64,000 bases of DNA. Origin: Auanema rhodensis. Lineage: Eukaryota > Animalia > Nematoda. Positions 28,351 through 41,524 of this stretch are shown piece by piece (positions within the stretch are counted from its first letter, which is position 1; every line of letters begins with the position of its first letter). The DNA lies in contig OZ059897.1 in the NCBI GenBank assembly GCA_964057225.1, positions 3,782,001 through 3,846,000 on the forward strand. The letters are read 5' to 3'. The position numbers and the translations under genes are program-made. The notes under the pieces are model-generated. The model was given only the letters and a program-made list of their open reading frames with translations, was not told where the DNA came from and searched no databases.

Positions 28351-31300
28351 AGTGCATTCGATGCGGATTTTTAAGCTGCGTTGATCTGTGTTATCAGATT
28401 TGCGCTAGCTTAAAAATGCACCGAGTAATCAACTGATATAGGTTCACACTTGTATCCTCGATTTTCACCCTGAAGAAATGATTTTTTCGTTGGAAAACAT
28501 TGTCCATCGTATTCGTCTTGAAAAAAGGAATCTAAAAACATCTACTTTTTGTGAAATTATTTAGAAATTTTTCGGGAAAATTTTTGTCAAAATGTTTTTG
28601 GAAGCAATGTTGAGTGTACATGGGAACTCAACATACACTAATGCATTATTTTTCAAACGATCATAACTAATTTTTGTATATAGCGTTTCTCAATGTAGTA
28701 AAGTGCATTCGATGCGGATTTTCAAGCTGCGTTGATCTGTGTTATCAGATTTGAGTTAACTTAAAAATGCACCGAGATATCAACTGATATAGGTTCACAC
28801 TTATATCCTCGATTTTCACCCTGAAGAAATGATTTTTTCGTTGAAAAACATGTCCATCGTATTTGTCTTGAAAAAAGGAATCTAAGAACATCTACTTTTT
28901 GTGAAATTATTTAGAAATTTTTCGGGAAAATTTTTGTCAAAATGTTTTTGGAAGCAATGTTGAGTGTACATGGGAACTCAACATACACTAATGTATTATT
29001 TTTCAAACGATCATAACTAATTTTTGTATGGAGCGTTTCTCAATGTAGTATAGTGCATTCGATGCGGATTTTTAAGCTGCGTTGATCTGTGTTATCAGAT
29101 TTGCGCTAGCTTAAAAATGCACCGAGTAATCAACTGATATAGGTTCACACTTATATCCTCGATTTTCACCCTGAAGAATTAATTTTTTCGTTGAATAACA
29201 TTGTCCATCGTCTTTGCCTTAAAAAAAGAAATCTAAAAACTCCTACTTTTTGTGAAATTATTTAGAAATTTTTCGGGAAAATTTTTGTCACAATGTTTTT
29301 GGAAGCAATGTTGAGTGTACATGGGAACTCAACATACACTAATGCATTATTTTTCAAACGATCATAACTAATTTTTGTATGGAGCGTTTCTCAATGTAGT
29401 ATAGTGCATTCGATGCGGATTTTTAAGCTGCGTTGATCTGTGTTATCAGATTTGAGTTAACTTAAAAATGCACCGAGATATCAACTGATATAGGTTCACA
29501 CTTATATCCTCGATTTTCACCCTGAAGAAATGATTTTTTCGTTGAAAAACATGTCCATCGTATTTGTCTTGAAAAAAGGAATCTAAAAACATCTACTTTT
29601 TGTGAAATTATTTAGAAATTTTTCGGGAAAATTTTTGTCAAAATGTTTTTGGAAGCAATGTTGAGTGTACATGGGAACTCAACATACACTAATGTATTAT
29701 TTTTCAAACGATCATAACTAATTTTTGTATAGAGCGTTTCTCATTGTAGTATAGTGCATTCGATGCGGATTTTTAAGCTGCGTTGATCTGTGTTATCAGA
29801 TTTGAGTTATCTTAAAAATACACCGAGATATCAACTGATATATGTTCACACTTATATCCTCGATTTTCACCCTGAAGAAATGATTTTTTCGTTGAATAAC
29901 ATTGTCCATCGTCTTCGTCTTGAAAAAAAAAATCTAAAACATCTACTTTTTTGGTAAAATATTCAGAAATTTTTCGGGAAAATTTTTGTCAAAATGTTTT
30001 TGGAAGCAATGTTGAGTGTACATGGGAACTCAACATACACTAATGCATTATTTTTCAAACGATCATAACTAATTTTTGTATAGAGCGTTTCTCATTGTAG
30101 TATAGTGCATTCGATGCGGATTTTTAAGCTGCGTTGATCTGTGTTATCAGATTTGCGCTAGCTTAAAAATGCACCGAGTAATCAACTGATATAGGTTCAC
30201 ACTTGTATCCTCGATTTTCACCCTGAAGAAATGATTTTTTCGTTGGAAAACATTGTCCATCGTATTCGTCTTGAAAAAAGGAATCTAAAAACATCTACTT
30301 TTTGTGAAATTATTTAGAAATTTTTCGGGAAAATTTTTGTCAAAATGTTTTTGGAAGCAATGTTGAGTGTACATGGGAACTCAACATACACTAATGCATT
30401 ATTTTTCAAACGATCATAACTAATTTTTGTATATAGCGTTTCTCAATGTAGTAAAGTGCATTCGATGCGGATTTTTAAGCTGCGTTGATCTGTGTTATCA
30501 GATTTGAGTTAACTTAAAAATGCACCGAGATATCAACTGATATAGGTTCACACTTATATCCTCGATTTTCACCCTGAAGAAATGATTTTTTCGTTGAAAA
30601 ACATGTCCATCGTATTTGTCTTGAAAAAAGGAATCTAAAAACATCTACTTTTTGTGAAATTATTTAGAAATTTTTCGGGAAAATTTTTGTCAAAATGTTT
30701 TTGGAAGCAATGTTGAGTGTACATGGGAACTCAACATACACTAATGTATTATTTTTCAAACGATCATAACTAATTTTTGTATGGAGCGTTTCTCAATGTA
30801 GTATAGTGCATTCGATGCGGATTTTTAAGCTGCGTTGATCTGTGTTATCAGATTTGCGCTAGCTTAAAAATGCACCGAGTAATCAACTGATATAAGTTCA
30901 CACTTATATCCTCGATTTTCACCCTGAAGAATTAATTTTTTCGTTGAATAACATTGTCCATCGTCTTTGCCTTAAAAAAAGAAATCTAAAAACTCCTACT
31001 TTTTGTGAAATTATTTAGAAATTTTTCGGGAAAATTTTTGTCACAATGTTTTTGGAAGCAATGTTGAGTGTACATGGGAACTCAACATACACTAATGCAT
31101 TATTTTTCAAACGATCATAACTAATTTTTGTATGGAGCGTTTCTCAATGTAGTATAGTGCATTCGATGCGGATTTTTAAGCTGCGTTGATCTGTGTTATC
31201 AGATTTGAGTTAACTTAAAAATGCACCGAGATATCAACTGATATAGGTTCACACTTATATCCTCGATTTTCACCCTGAAGAAATGATTTTTTCGTTGAAA

Positions 31301-32914
31301 AACATGTCCATCGTATTTGTCTTGAAAAAAGGAATCTAAAAACATCTACTTTTTGTGAAATTATTTAGAAATTTTTCGGGAAAATTTTTGTCAAAATGTT
31401 TTTGGAAGCAATGTTGAGTGTACATGGGAACTCAACATACACTAATGTATTATTTTTCAAACGATCATAACTAATTTTTGTATAGAGCGTTTCTCATTGT
31501 AGTATAGTGCATTCGATGCGGATTTTTAAGCTGCGTTGATCTGTGTTATCAGATTTGAGTTATCTTAAAAATACACCGAGATATCAACTGATATATGTTC
31601 ACACTTATATCCTCGATTTTCACCCTGAAGAAATGATTTTTTCGTTGAATAACATTGTCCATCGTCTTCGTCTTGAAAAAAAAAATCTAAAACATCTACT
31701 TTTTGTGAAAATATTCAGAAATTTTTCGGGAAAATTTTTGTCAAAATGTTTTTGGAAGCAATGTTGAGTGTACATGGGAACTCAACATACACTAATGCAT
31801 TATTTTTCAAACGATCATAACTAATTTTTGTATAGAGCGTTTCTCAATGTAGTATAGTGCATTCGATGCGGATTCTTAAGCTGCGTTGATCTGTGTTATC
31901 AGATTTGAGTTAACTTAAAAATGCACCGAGATATCAACTGATATATGTTCACACTTATATCCTCGATTTTCACCCTGAAGAAATGATTTTTTCGTTGAAA
32001 AACATTGTCCATCGTATTCGTCTTGAAAAAAGGAATCTAAAAACATCTACTTTTTGTGAAATTATCTAGAAATTTTTCGGGAAAATTTTTGTCAAAATGT
32101 TTTTGGAAGCAATGTTGAGTGTACATGGGAACTCAACATACACTAATGCATTATTTTTCAAACGATCATAACTAATTTTTGTATAGAGCGTTTCTCATTG
32201 TAGTATAGTGCATTCGATGCGGATTTTTAAGCTGCGTTGATCTGTGTTATCAGATTTGAGTTAACTTAAAAATGCACCGAGATATCAACTGATATAGGTT
32301 CACACTTGTATCCTCGATTTTCACCCTGAAGAAATGATTTTTTCGTTGGAAAACATTGTCCATCGTATTCGTCTTGAAAAAAGGAATCTAAAAACATTTA
32401 CTTTTTGCGAAATTATTTAGAAATTTTTCGGGAAAATTTTTGTCAAAATGTTTTTGGAAGCAATGTTGAGTGTACATGGAAACTCAACATACACTAATGC
32501 ATCTTTTTTCAAACGATCATAACTAATTTTTGTATTAAGCGTTTCTCAATGTTGTATAGTGCATTCGATGCGGATTTTTAAGCTGCGTCGATCTGTGTTA
32601 TCAGATTTGCGCTAGCTTAAAAATGCACCGAGATATCAACTGATATAAGTTCACACTTATATCCTCGATTTTCACCCTGCAGAATTAATTTTTTCGTTGA
32701 ATAACTTTGTCCATCGTCTTTGCCTTGAAAAAAGGAATCTAAAAACATCTACTTTTTGCAAAATTATTTTGAAATTTTTCGGAAAAATTTTTGTCAAAAT
32801 GTTTTTGGAAGCAATGTTGAGTGTACATGGAAACTCAACATACACTAATGCATCATTTTTCAAACGATCATAACTAATTTTTGTATTAAGCGTTTCTCAC
32901 TGTTGTATAGTGCG

Positions 32915-32968
32915 AAATCGAGGATATAAGTGTGAACTGATATAAGTTCACACTTATATCCTCGATTT
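32915..32968. repeat. Perfect inverted repeat (24-bp arms, 6-nt spacer) in 297-bp monomer variant, copy 1
   Basis: AAATCGAGGATATAAGTGTGAACT-GATATA-AGTTCACACTTATATCCTCGATTT; the arms are exact reverse complements; local period is 297 (ORFs 32672->32969). Confidence 0.97.
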
Positions 32969-33562
32969 TCACCCTGCAGAATTAATTTTTTCGTTGAATA
33001 ACTTTGTCCATCGTCTTTGCCTTGAAAAAAGGAATCTAAAAACATCTCCTTTTTGCGAAATTATTTTGAAATTTTTTGGAAAAATTTTTGTAAAAATGTT
33101 TTTGGAAGCAATGTTGAGTGTACATGGAAACTCAACATACACTAATGCATCTTTTTTCAAACGATCTTAACTAATTTTTGTATTAAGCGTTTCTCAATGT
33201 TGTATAGTGCATTCGATGCGGATTTTTAAGCTGCGTCGATCTTTGTTATCAGATTTGCGCTAGCTTAAAAATGCACCGAGATATCAACTGATATAAGTTC
33301 ACACTTACATCCTCGATTTTCACCCTGGAGAATTAATTTTTTCGTTGAATAACATTGTCCATCGTCTTTGCCTTGAAAAAAGGAATCTAAAAACATCTAC
33401 TTTTTGCAAAATTATTTTGAAATTTTTCGGAAAAATTTTTGTCAAAATGTTTTTGGAAGCAATGTTGAGTGTACATGGAAACTCAACATACACTAATGCA
33501 TCATTTTTCAAACGATCATAACTAATTTTTGTATTAAGCGTTTCTCACTGTTGTATAGTGCG

Positions 33563-33616
33563 AAATCGAGGATATAAGTGTGAACTGATATAAGTTCACA
33601 CTTATATCCTCGATTT
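33563..33616. repeat. Perfect 24-bp-arm inverted repeat, copy 2
   Basis: Identical sequence, +648 (351+297) from copy 1. Confidence 0.97.
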
Positions 33617-36600
33617 TCACCCTGCAGAATTAATTTTTTCGTTGAATAACTTTGTCCATCGTCTTTGCCTTGAAAAAAGGAATCTAAAAACATCTCCTTT
33701 TTGCGAAATTATTTTGAAATTTTTTGGAAAAATTTTTGTAAAAATGTTTTTGGAAGCAATGTTGAGTGTACATGGAAACTCAACATACACTAATGCATCT
33801 TTTTTCAAACGATCTTAACTAATTTTTGTATTAAGCGTTTCTCACTGTTGTATAGTGCATTCGATGCGGATTTTTAAGCTGCGTCGATCTGTGTTATCAG
33901 ATTTGCGCTAGCTTAAAAATGCACCGAGATATCAACTGATATAAGTTCACACTTATATCCTCGATTTTCACCCTGCAGAATTAATTTTTTCGTTGAATAA
34001 CTTTGTCCATCGTCTTTGCCTTGAAAAAAGGAATCTAAAAACATCTCCTTTTTGCGAAATTATTTTGAAATTTTTCGGAAAAATTTTTGTCAAAATGTTT
34101 TTGGAAGCAATGTTGAGTATACATGGAAACTCAACATACACTAATGCATCTTTTTTCAAACGATCATAACTAATTTTTGTATATAGCGTTTCTCAATGTA
34201 GTAAAGTGCATTCGATGCGGATTTTTAAGCTGCGTTGATCTGTGTTATCAGATTTGAGTTAACTTAAAAATACACCGAGATATCAACTGATATATGTTCA
34301 CACTTATATCCTCGATTTTCACCCTGAAGAAATGATTTTTTCGTTGAATAACATTGTCCATCGTCTTCGTCTTGAAAAAAAAAATCTAAAACATCTACTT
34401 TTTGTGAAAATATTCAGAAATTTTTCGGGAAAATTTTTGTCAAAATGTTTTTGGAAGCAATGTTGAGTGTACATGGGAACTCAACATACACTAATGCATT
34501 ATTTTTCAAACGATCATAACTAATTTTTGTATAGAGCGTTTCTCATTGTAGTATAGTGCATTCGATGCGGATTTTTAAGCTGCGTTGATCTGTGTTATCA
34601 GATTTGCGCTAGCTTAAAAATGCACCGAGTAATCAACTGATATAGGTTCACACTTGTATCCTCGATTTTCACCCTGAAGAAATGATTTTTTCGTTGGAAA
34701 ACATTGTCCATCGTATTCGTCTTGAAAAAAGGAATCTAAAAACATCTACTTTTTGTGAAATTATTTAGAAATTTTTCGGGAAAATTTTTGTCAAAATGTT
34801 TTTGGAAGCAATGTTGAGTGTACATGGGAACTCAACATACACTAATGCATTATTTTTCAAACGATCATAACTAATTTTTGTATATAGCGTTTCTCAATGT
34901 AGTAAAGTGCATTCGATGCGGATTTTTAAGCTGCGTTGATCTGTGTTATCAGATTTGAGTTAACTTAAAAATGCACCGAGATATCAACTGATATAGGTTC
35001 ACACTTATATCCTCGATTTTCACCCTGAAGAAATGATTTTTTCGTTGAAAAACATGTCCATCGTATTTGTCTTGAAAAAAGGAATCTAAAAACATCTACT
35101 TTTTGTGAAATTATTTAGAAATTTTTCGGGAAAATTTTTGTCAAAATGTTTTTGGAAGCAATGTTGAGTGTACATGGGAACTCAACATACACTAATGTAT
35201 TATTTTTCAAACGATCATAACTAATTTTTGTATGGAGCGTTTCTCAATGTAGTATAGTGCATTCGATGCGGATTTTTAAGCTGCGTTGATCTGTGTTATC
35301 AGATTTGCGCTAGCTTAAAAATGCACCGAGTAATCAACTGATATAGGTTCACACTTATATCCTCGATTTTCACCCTGAAGAATTAATTTTTTCGTTGAAT
35401 AACATTGTCCATCGTCTTTGCCTTAAAAAAAGAAATCTAAAAACTCCTACTTTTTGTGAAATTATTTAGAAATTTTTCGGGAAAATTTTTGTCACAATGT
35501 TTTTGGAAGCAATGTTGAGTGTACATGGGAACTCAACATACACTAATGTATTATTTTTCAAACGATCATAACTAATTTTTGTATAGAGCGTTTCTCATTG
35601 TAGTATAGTGCATTCGATGCGGATTTTTAAGCTGCGTTGATCTGTGTTATCAGATTTGAGTTATCTTAAAAATACACCGAGATATCAACTGATATATGTT
35701 CACACTTATATCCTCGATTTTCACCCTGAAGAAATGATTTTTTCGTTGAATAACATTGTCCATCGTCTTCGTCTTGAAAAAAAAAATCTAAAACATCTAC
35801 TTTTTGTGAAAATATTCAGAAATTTTTCGGGAAAATTTTTGTCAAAATGTTTTTGGAAGCAATGTTGAGTGTACATGGGAACTCAACATACACTAATGCA
35901 TTATTTTTCAAACGATCATAACTAATTTTTGTATAGAGCGTTTCTCAATGTAGTATAGTGCATTCGATGCGGATTCTTAAGCTGCGTTGATCTGTGTTAT
36001 CAGATTTGAGTTAACTTAAAAATGCACCGAGATATCAACTGATATATGTTCACACTTATATCCTCGATTTTCACCCTGAAGAAATGATTTTTTCGTTGAA
36101 AAACATTGTCCATCGTATTCGTCTTGAAAAAAGGAATCTAAAAACATCTACTTTTTGTGAAAATATCTAGAAATTTTTCGGGAAAATTTTTGTCAAAATG
36201 TTTTTGGAAGCAATGTTGAGTGTACATGGGAACTCAACATACACTAATGCATTATTTTTCAAACGATCATAACTAATTTTTGTATAGAGCGTTTCTCATT
36301 GTAGTATAGTGCATTCGATGCGGATTTTTAAGCTGCGTTGATCTGTGTTATCAGATTTGAGTTAACTTAAAAATGCACCGAGATATCAACTGATATAGGT
36401 TCACACTTGTATCCTCGATTTTCACCCTGAAGAAATGATTTTTTCGTTGGAAAACATTGTCCATCGTATTCGTCTTGAAAAAAGGAATCTAAAAACATTT
36501 ACTTTTTGCGAAATTATTTAGAAATTTTTCGGGAAAATTTTTGTCAAAATGTTTTTGGAAGCAATGTTGAGTGTACATGGAAACTCAACATACACTAATG

Positions 36601-37015
36601 CATCTTTTTTCAAACGATCATAACTAATTTTTGTATTAAGCGTTTCTCAATGTTGTATAGTGCATTCGATGCGGATTTTTAAGCTGCGTCGATCTGTGTT
36701 ATCAGATTTGCGCTAGCTTAAAAATGCACCGAGATATCAACTGATATAAGTTCACACTTATATCCTCGATTTTCACCCTGCAGAATTAATTTGTTCGTTG
36801 AATAACTTTGTCCATCGTCTTTGCCTTGAAAAAAGGAATCTAAAAACATCTACTTTTTGCAAAATTATTTTGAAATTTTTCGGAAAAATTTTTGTCAAAA
36901 TGTTTTTGGAAGCAATGTTGAGTGTACATGGAAACTCAACATACACTAATGCATCATTTTTCAAACGATCATAACTAATTTTTGTATTAAGCGTTTCTCA
37001 CTGTTGTATAGTGCG

Positions 37016-37069
37016 AAATCGAGGATATAAGTGTGAACTGATATAAGTTCACACTTATATCCTCGATTT
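37016..37069. repeat. Perfect 24-bp-arm inverted repeat, copy 3
   Basis: Identical sequence, +4101 from copy 1. Confidence 0.97.
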
Positions 37070-37663
37070 TCACCCTGCAGAATTAATTTTTTCGTTGAAT
37101 AACTTTGTCCATCGTCTTTGCCTTGAAAAAAGGAATCTAAAAACATCTCCTTTTTGCGAAATTATTTTGAAATTTTTTGGAAAAATTTTTGTAAAAATGT
37201 TTTTGGAAGCAATGTTGAGTGTACATGGAAACTCAACATACACTAATGCATCTTTTTTCAAACGATCTTAACTAATTTTTGTATTAAGCGTTTCTCAATG
37301 TTGTATAGTGCATTCGATGCGGATTTTTAAGCTGCGTCGATCTTTGTTATCAGATTTGCGCTAGCTTAAAAATGCACCGAGATATCAACTGATATAAGTT
37401 CACACTTACATCCTCGATTTTCACCCTGGAGAATTAATTTTTTCGTTGAATAACATTGTCCATCGTCTTTGCCTTGAAAAAAGGAATCTAAAAACATCTA
37501 CTTTTTGCAAAATTATTTTGAAATTTTTCGGAAAAATTTTTGTCAAAATGTTTTTGGAAGCAATGTTGAGTGTACATGGAAACTCAACATACACTAATGC
37601 ATCATTTTTCAAACGATCATAACTAATTTTTGTATTAAGCGTTTCTCACTGTTGTATAGTGCG

Positions 37664-37717
37664 AAATCGAGGATATAAGTGTGAACTGATATAAGTTCAC
37701 ACTTATATCCTCGATTT
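37664..37717. repeat. Perfect 24-bp-arm inverted repeat, copy 4
   Basis: Identical sequence, +648 from copy 3. Confidence 0.97.
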
Positions 37718-40700
37718 TCACCCTGCAGAATTAATTTTTTCGTTGAATAACTTTGTCCATCGTCTTTGCCTTGAAAAAAGGAATCTAAAAACATCTCCTT
37801 TTTGCGAAATTATTTTGAAATTTTTTGGAAAAATTTTTGTAAAAATGTTTTTGGAAGCAATGTTGAGTGTACATGGAAACTCAACATACACTAATGCATC
37901 TTTTTTCAAACGATCTTAACTAATTTTTGTATTAAGCGTTTCTCACTGTTGTATAGTGCATTCGATGCGGATTTTTAAGCTGCGTCGATCTGTGTTATCA
38001 GATTTGCGCTAGCTTAAAAATGCACCGAGATATCAACTGATATAAGTTCACACTTATATCCTCGATTTTCACCCTGCAGAATTAATTTTTTCGTTGAATA
38101 ACTTTGTCCATCGTCTTTGCCTTGAAAAAAGGAATCTAAAAACATCTCCTTTTTGCGAAATTATTTTGAAATTTTTCGGAAAAATTTTTGTCAAAATGTT
38201 TTTGGAAGCAATGTTGAGTATACATGGAAACTCAACATACACTAATGCATCTTTTTTCAAACGATCATAACTAATTTTTGTATTAAGCGTTTTTCAATGT
38301 AGTATAGTGCATTCGATGCGGATTTTTAAGCTGCGTCGATCTGTGTTATCAGATTTGCGCTAGCTTAAAAATGCACCGAGATATCAACTGATATAAGTTC
38401 ACACTTATATCCTCGATTTTCACCCTGCAGAATTAATTTTTTCGTTGAATAACAATGTCCATCGTCTTTGCCTTGAAAAAAGGAATCTAAAAACATCTAC
38501 TTTTTGCGAAATTATTTTGAAATTTTTCGGAAAAATTTTTGTCAAAATGTTTTTGGAAGCAATGTTGAGTGTACATGGAAACTCAACATACACTAATGCA
38601 TCATTTTTCAAACGATCATAACTAATTTTTGTATTAAGCGTTTCTCAATGTTGTATAGTGCATTCGATGCGGATTTTTAAGCTGCGTCGATCTGTGTTAT
38701 CAGATTTGCGCTAGCTTAAAAATGCACCGAGATATCAACTGATATAAGTTTACACTTATATCCTCGATTTTCACCCTGCAGAATTAATTTTTTCGTTGAA
38801 TAACATTGTCCATCGTCTTTGCCTTGAAAAAAGGAATCTAAAAACATTTACTTTTTGCGAAATTATTTTGAAATTTTTTGGAAAAATTTTTGTCAAAATG
38901 TTTTTGGAAGCAATGTTGAGTATACATGGAAACTCAACATACACTAATGCATCTTTTTTCAAACGATCATAACTAATTTTTGTATTGAGCGTTTCTCAAT
39001 GTTGTATAGTGCATTCGATGCGGATTTTTAAGCTGCGTCGATCTGTGTTATCAGATTTGCGCTAGCTTAAAAATGCACCGAGATATCAACTGATATAAGT
39101 TTACACTTATATCCTCGATTTTCACCCTGCAGAATTAATTTTTTCGTTGAATAACATTGTCCATCGTCTTTGCCTTGAGAAAAGGAATCTAAAAACAACT
39201 ATTTTTTTGCTAAAATATTCTGAAATTTTTCGAAAAAATTTTTGTCAAAATGTTTTTGGAAGCAATGTTGAGTGTACATGGAAACTCAACATACACTAAT
39301 GCATCATTTTTCAAACGATCATAACTAATTTTTGTATTAAGCGTTTCTCAATGTAGTATTATGCATTCGATGCGGATTTTTAAGCTGCGTCGATCTGTGT
39401 TATCAGATTTGCGCTAGCTTAAAAATGCACCGAGATATCAACTGATATAAGTTCACACTTATATCCTCGATTTTCACCCTGCAGAATTAATTTTTTCGTT
39501 GAATAACTTTGTCCATCGTCTTTGCCTTGAAAAAAGGAATCTAAAAACATTTACTTTTTGGGAAATTATTTTGAAATTTTTCGGAAAAATTTTTGTCAAA
39601 ATGTTTTTGAAAGCAATGTTGAGTGTACATGGAAACTCAACATACACTAATGCATCATTTTTCAAACGATCATAACTAATTTTTGTATTAAGCGTTTCTC
39701 AATGTTGTATAATGCATTCGATGCGGATTTTTAAGCTGCGTCGATCTGTGTTATCAGATTTGCGCTAGCTAAAAATGCACCGAGATATCAACTGATATAA
39801 GTTCACACTTATATCCTCGATTTTCACCCTGGAGAATTAATTTTTTCGTTGAATAACATTGTCCATCGTCTTTGCCTTGAAAAAAGGAATCTAAAAACAT
39901 CTACTTTTTGCGAAATTATTTTGAAATTTTTCGGAAAAATTTTTGTCAAAATGTTTTTGGAAGCAATGTTGAGTATACATGGAAACTCAACATACACTAA
40001 TGCATCTTTTTTCAAACGATCATAACTAATTTTTGTATTAAGCGTTTTTCAATGTAGTATAGTGCATTCGATGCGGATTTTTAAGCTGCGTCGATCTGTG
40101 TTATCAGATTTGCGCTAGCTTAAAAATGCACCGAGATATCAACTGATATAAGTTCACACTTATATCCTCGATTTTCACCCTGCAGAATTAATTTTTTCGT
40201 TGAATAACTTTGTCCATCGTCTTTGCCTTGAAAAAAGGAATCTAAAAACATCTACTTTTTGGGAAATTATTTTGAAACTTTTCGGAAAAATTTTTGTCAA
40301 AATGTTTTTGAAAGCAATGTTGAGTGTACATGGAAACTCAACATACACTAATGCATCATTTTTCAAACGATCATAACTAATTTTTGTATTAAGCGTTTCT
40401 CAATGTTGTATAGTGCATTCGATGCGGATTTTTAAGCTGCGTCGATCTGTGTTATCAGATTTGCGCTACCTTAAAAATGCACCGAGATATCAACTGATAT
40501 AAGTTCACACTTATATCCTCGATTTTCACCCTGCAGAATTAATTTTTTCGTTGAATAACAATGTCCATTGTCTTTGCCTTGAAAAAAGGAATCTAAAAAC
40601 ATCTACTTTTTGCGAAATTGTTTCGAAATTTTCCGGAAAAATTTTTGTAAAAATGTTTTTGGAAGCAATGTTGAGTGTACATGGAAACTCAACATACACT

Positions 40701-41470
40701 AATGCATCATTTTTCAAACGATCATAACTAATTTTTGTATTTAGCGTTTCTCAATGTTGTATAGTGCATTCGATGCGGATTTTTAAGCTGCGTCGATCTG
40801 TGTTATCAGATTTGCGCTAGCTTAAAAATGCACCGAGATATCAACTGATATAAGTTCACACTTACATCCTCGATTTTCACCCTGGAGAATTAATTTTTTC
40901 GTTGAATAACATTGTCCATCGTCTTTGCCTTGAAAAAAGGAATCTAAAAACATCTACTTTTTGCAAAATTATTTTGAAATTTTTTGGAAAAATTTTTGTC
41001 AAAATGTTTTTGGAAGCAATGTTGAGTGTACATGGGAACTCAACATACACTAATGCATCATTTTTCAAACGATCATAACTAATTTTTGTATTAAGCGTTT
41101 CTCACTGTTGTATAGTGCATTCGATGCGGATTTTTAAGCTGCGTCGATCTGTGTTATCAGATTTGCGCTAGCTTAAAAATGCACCGAGATATCAACTGAT
41201 ATAAGTTCACACTTATATCCTCGATTTTCATTCTGCAGAATTAATTTTTTTGTTGAATAACATTGTGTATCGTCTTTGCCTTGAAAAACGGAATCTAAAA
41301 ACATTTACTTTTTGCGAAATTATTTTGAAATTTTTTGGAAAAATTTTTGTCAAAATGTTTTTGGAAGCAATGTTGAGTGTACATGGAAACTCAACATACA
41401 CTAATGCATCATTTTTCAAACGATCATAACTAATTTTTGTATTAAGCGTTTCTCACTGTTGTATAGTGCG

Positions 41471-41524
41471 AAATCGAGGATATAAGTGTGAACTGATATA
41501 AGTTCACACTTATATCCTCGATTT
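41471..41524. repeat. Perfect 24-bp-arm inverted repeat, copy 5
   Basis: Identical sequence; first unit of the 8-mer HOR. Confidence 0.97.

Larger units (their letters stand above)
32400..34180. repeat. Satellite subfamily B, isolated island of about 5 monomers
   Basis: Linked diagnostic variants CCCTGCAG, ATAAGTTC, TTTTGAAAT, TTCGGAAAAA, CATGGAAAC, ATGCATC, ATTAAGCG, TGTTGTATAG, GCGTCGAT. Reverts to A-type (ATATAGCG/GTAAAGTGC) at ~34180. Confidence 0.9.

Noticed and set aside
29941-29960. Singleton complex variant TTTTTTGGTAAAAT
   Set aside because: It occurs once, next to a homopolymer, and is absent from the duplicated copy near 34400, so it may be a consensus error.
32915-32968. Palindrome as a transposon TIR pair, MITE or intrinsic terminator
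   Set aside because: Both arms derive from the satellite's own sequence; there is no target-site duplication, internal sequence or upstream gene.
32860-33045. Apparently novel 61-aa ORF containing GENRGYKCELISVHTYILDF
   Set aside because: It is only the read-through of the palindrome junction; VHTYILDF is the plus-strand monomer frame appearing on the minus strand through the inverted arm.
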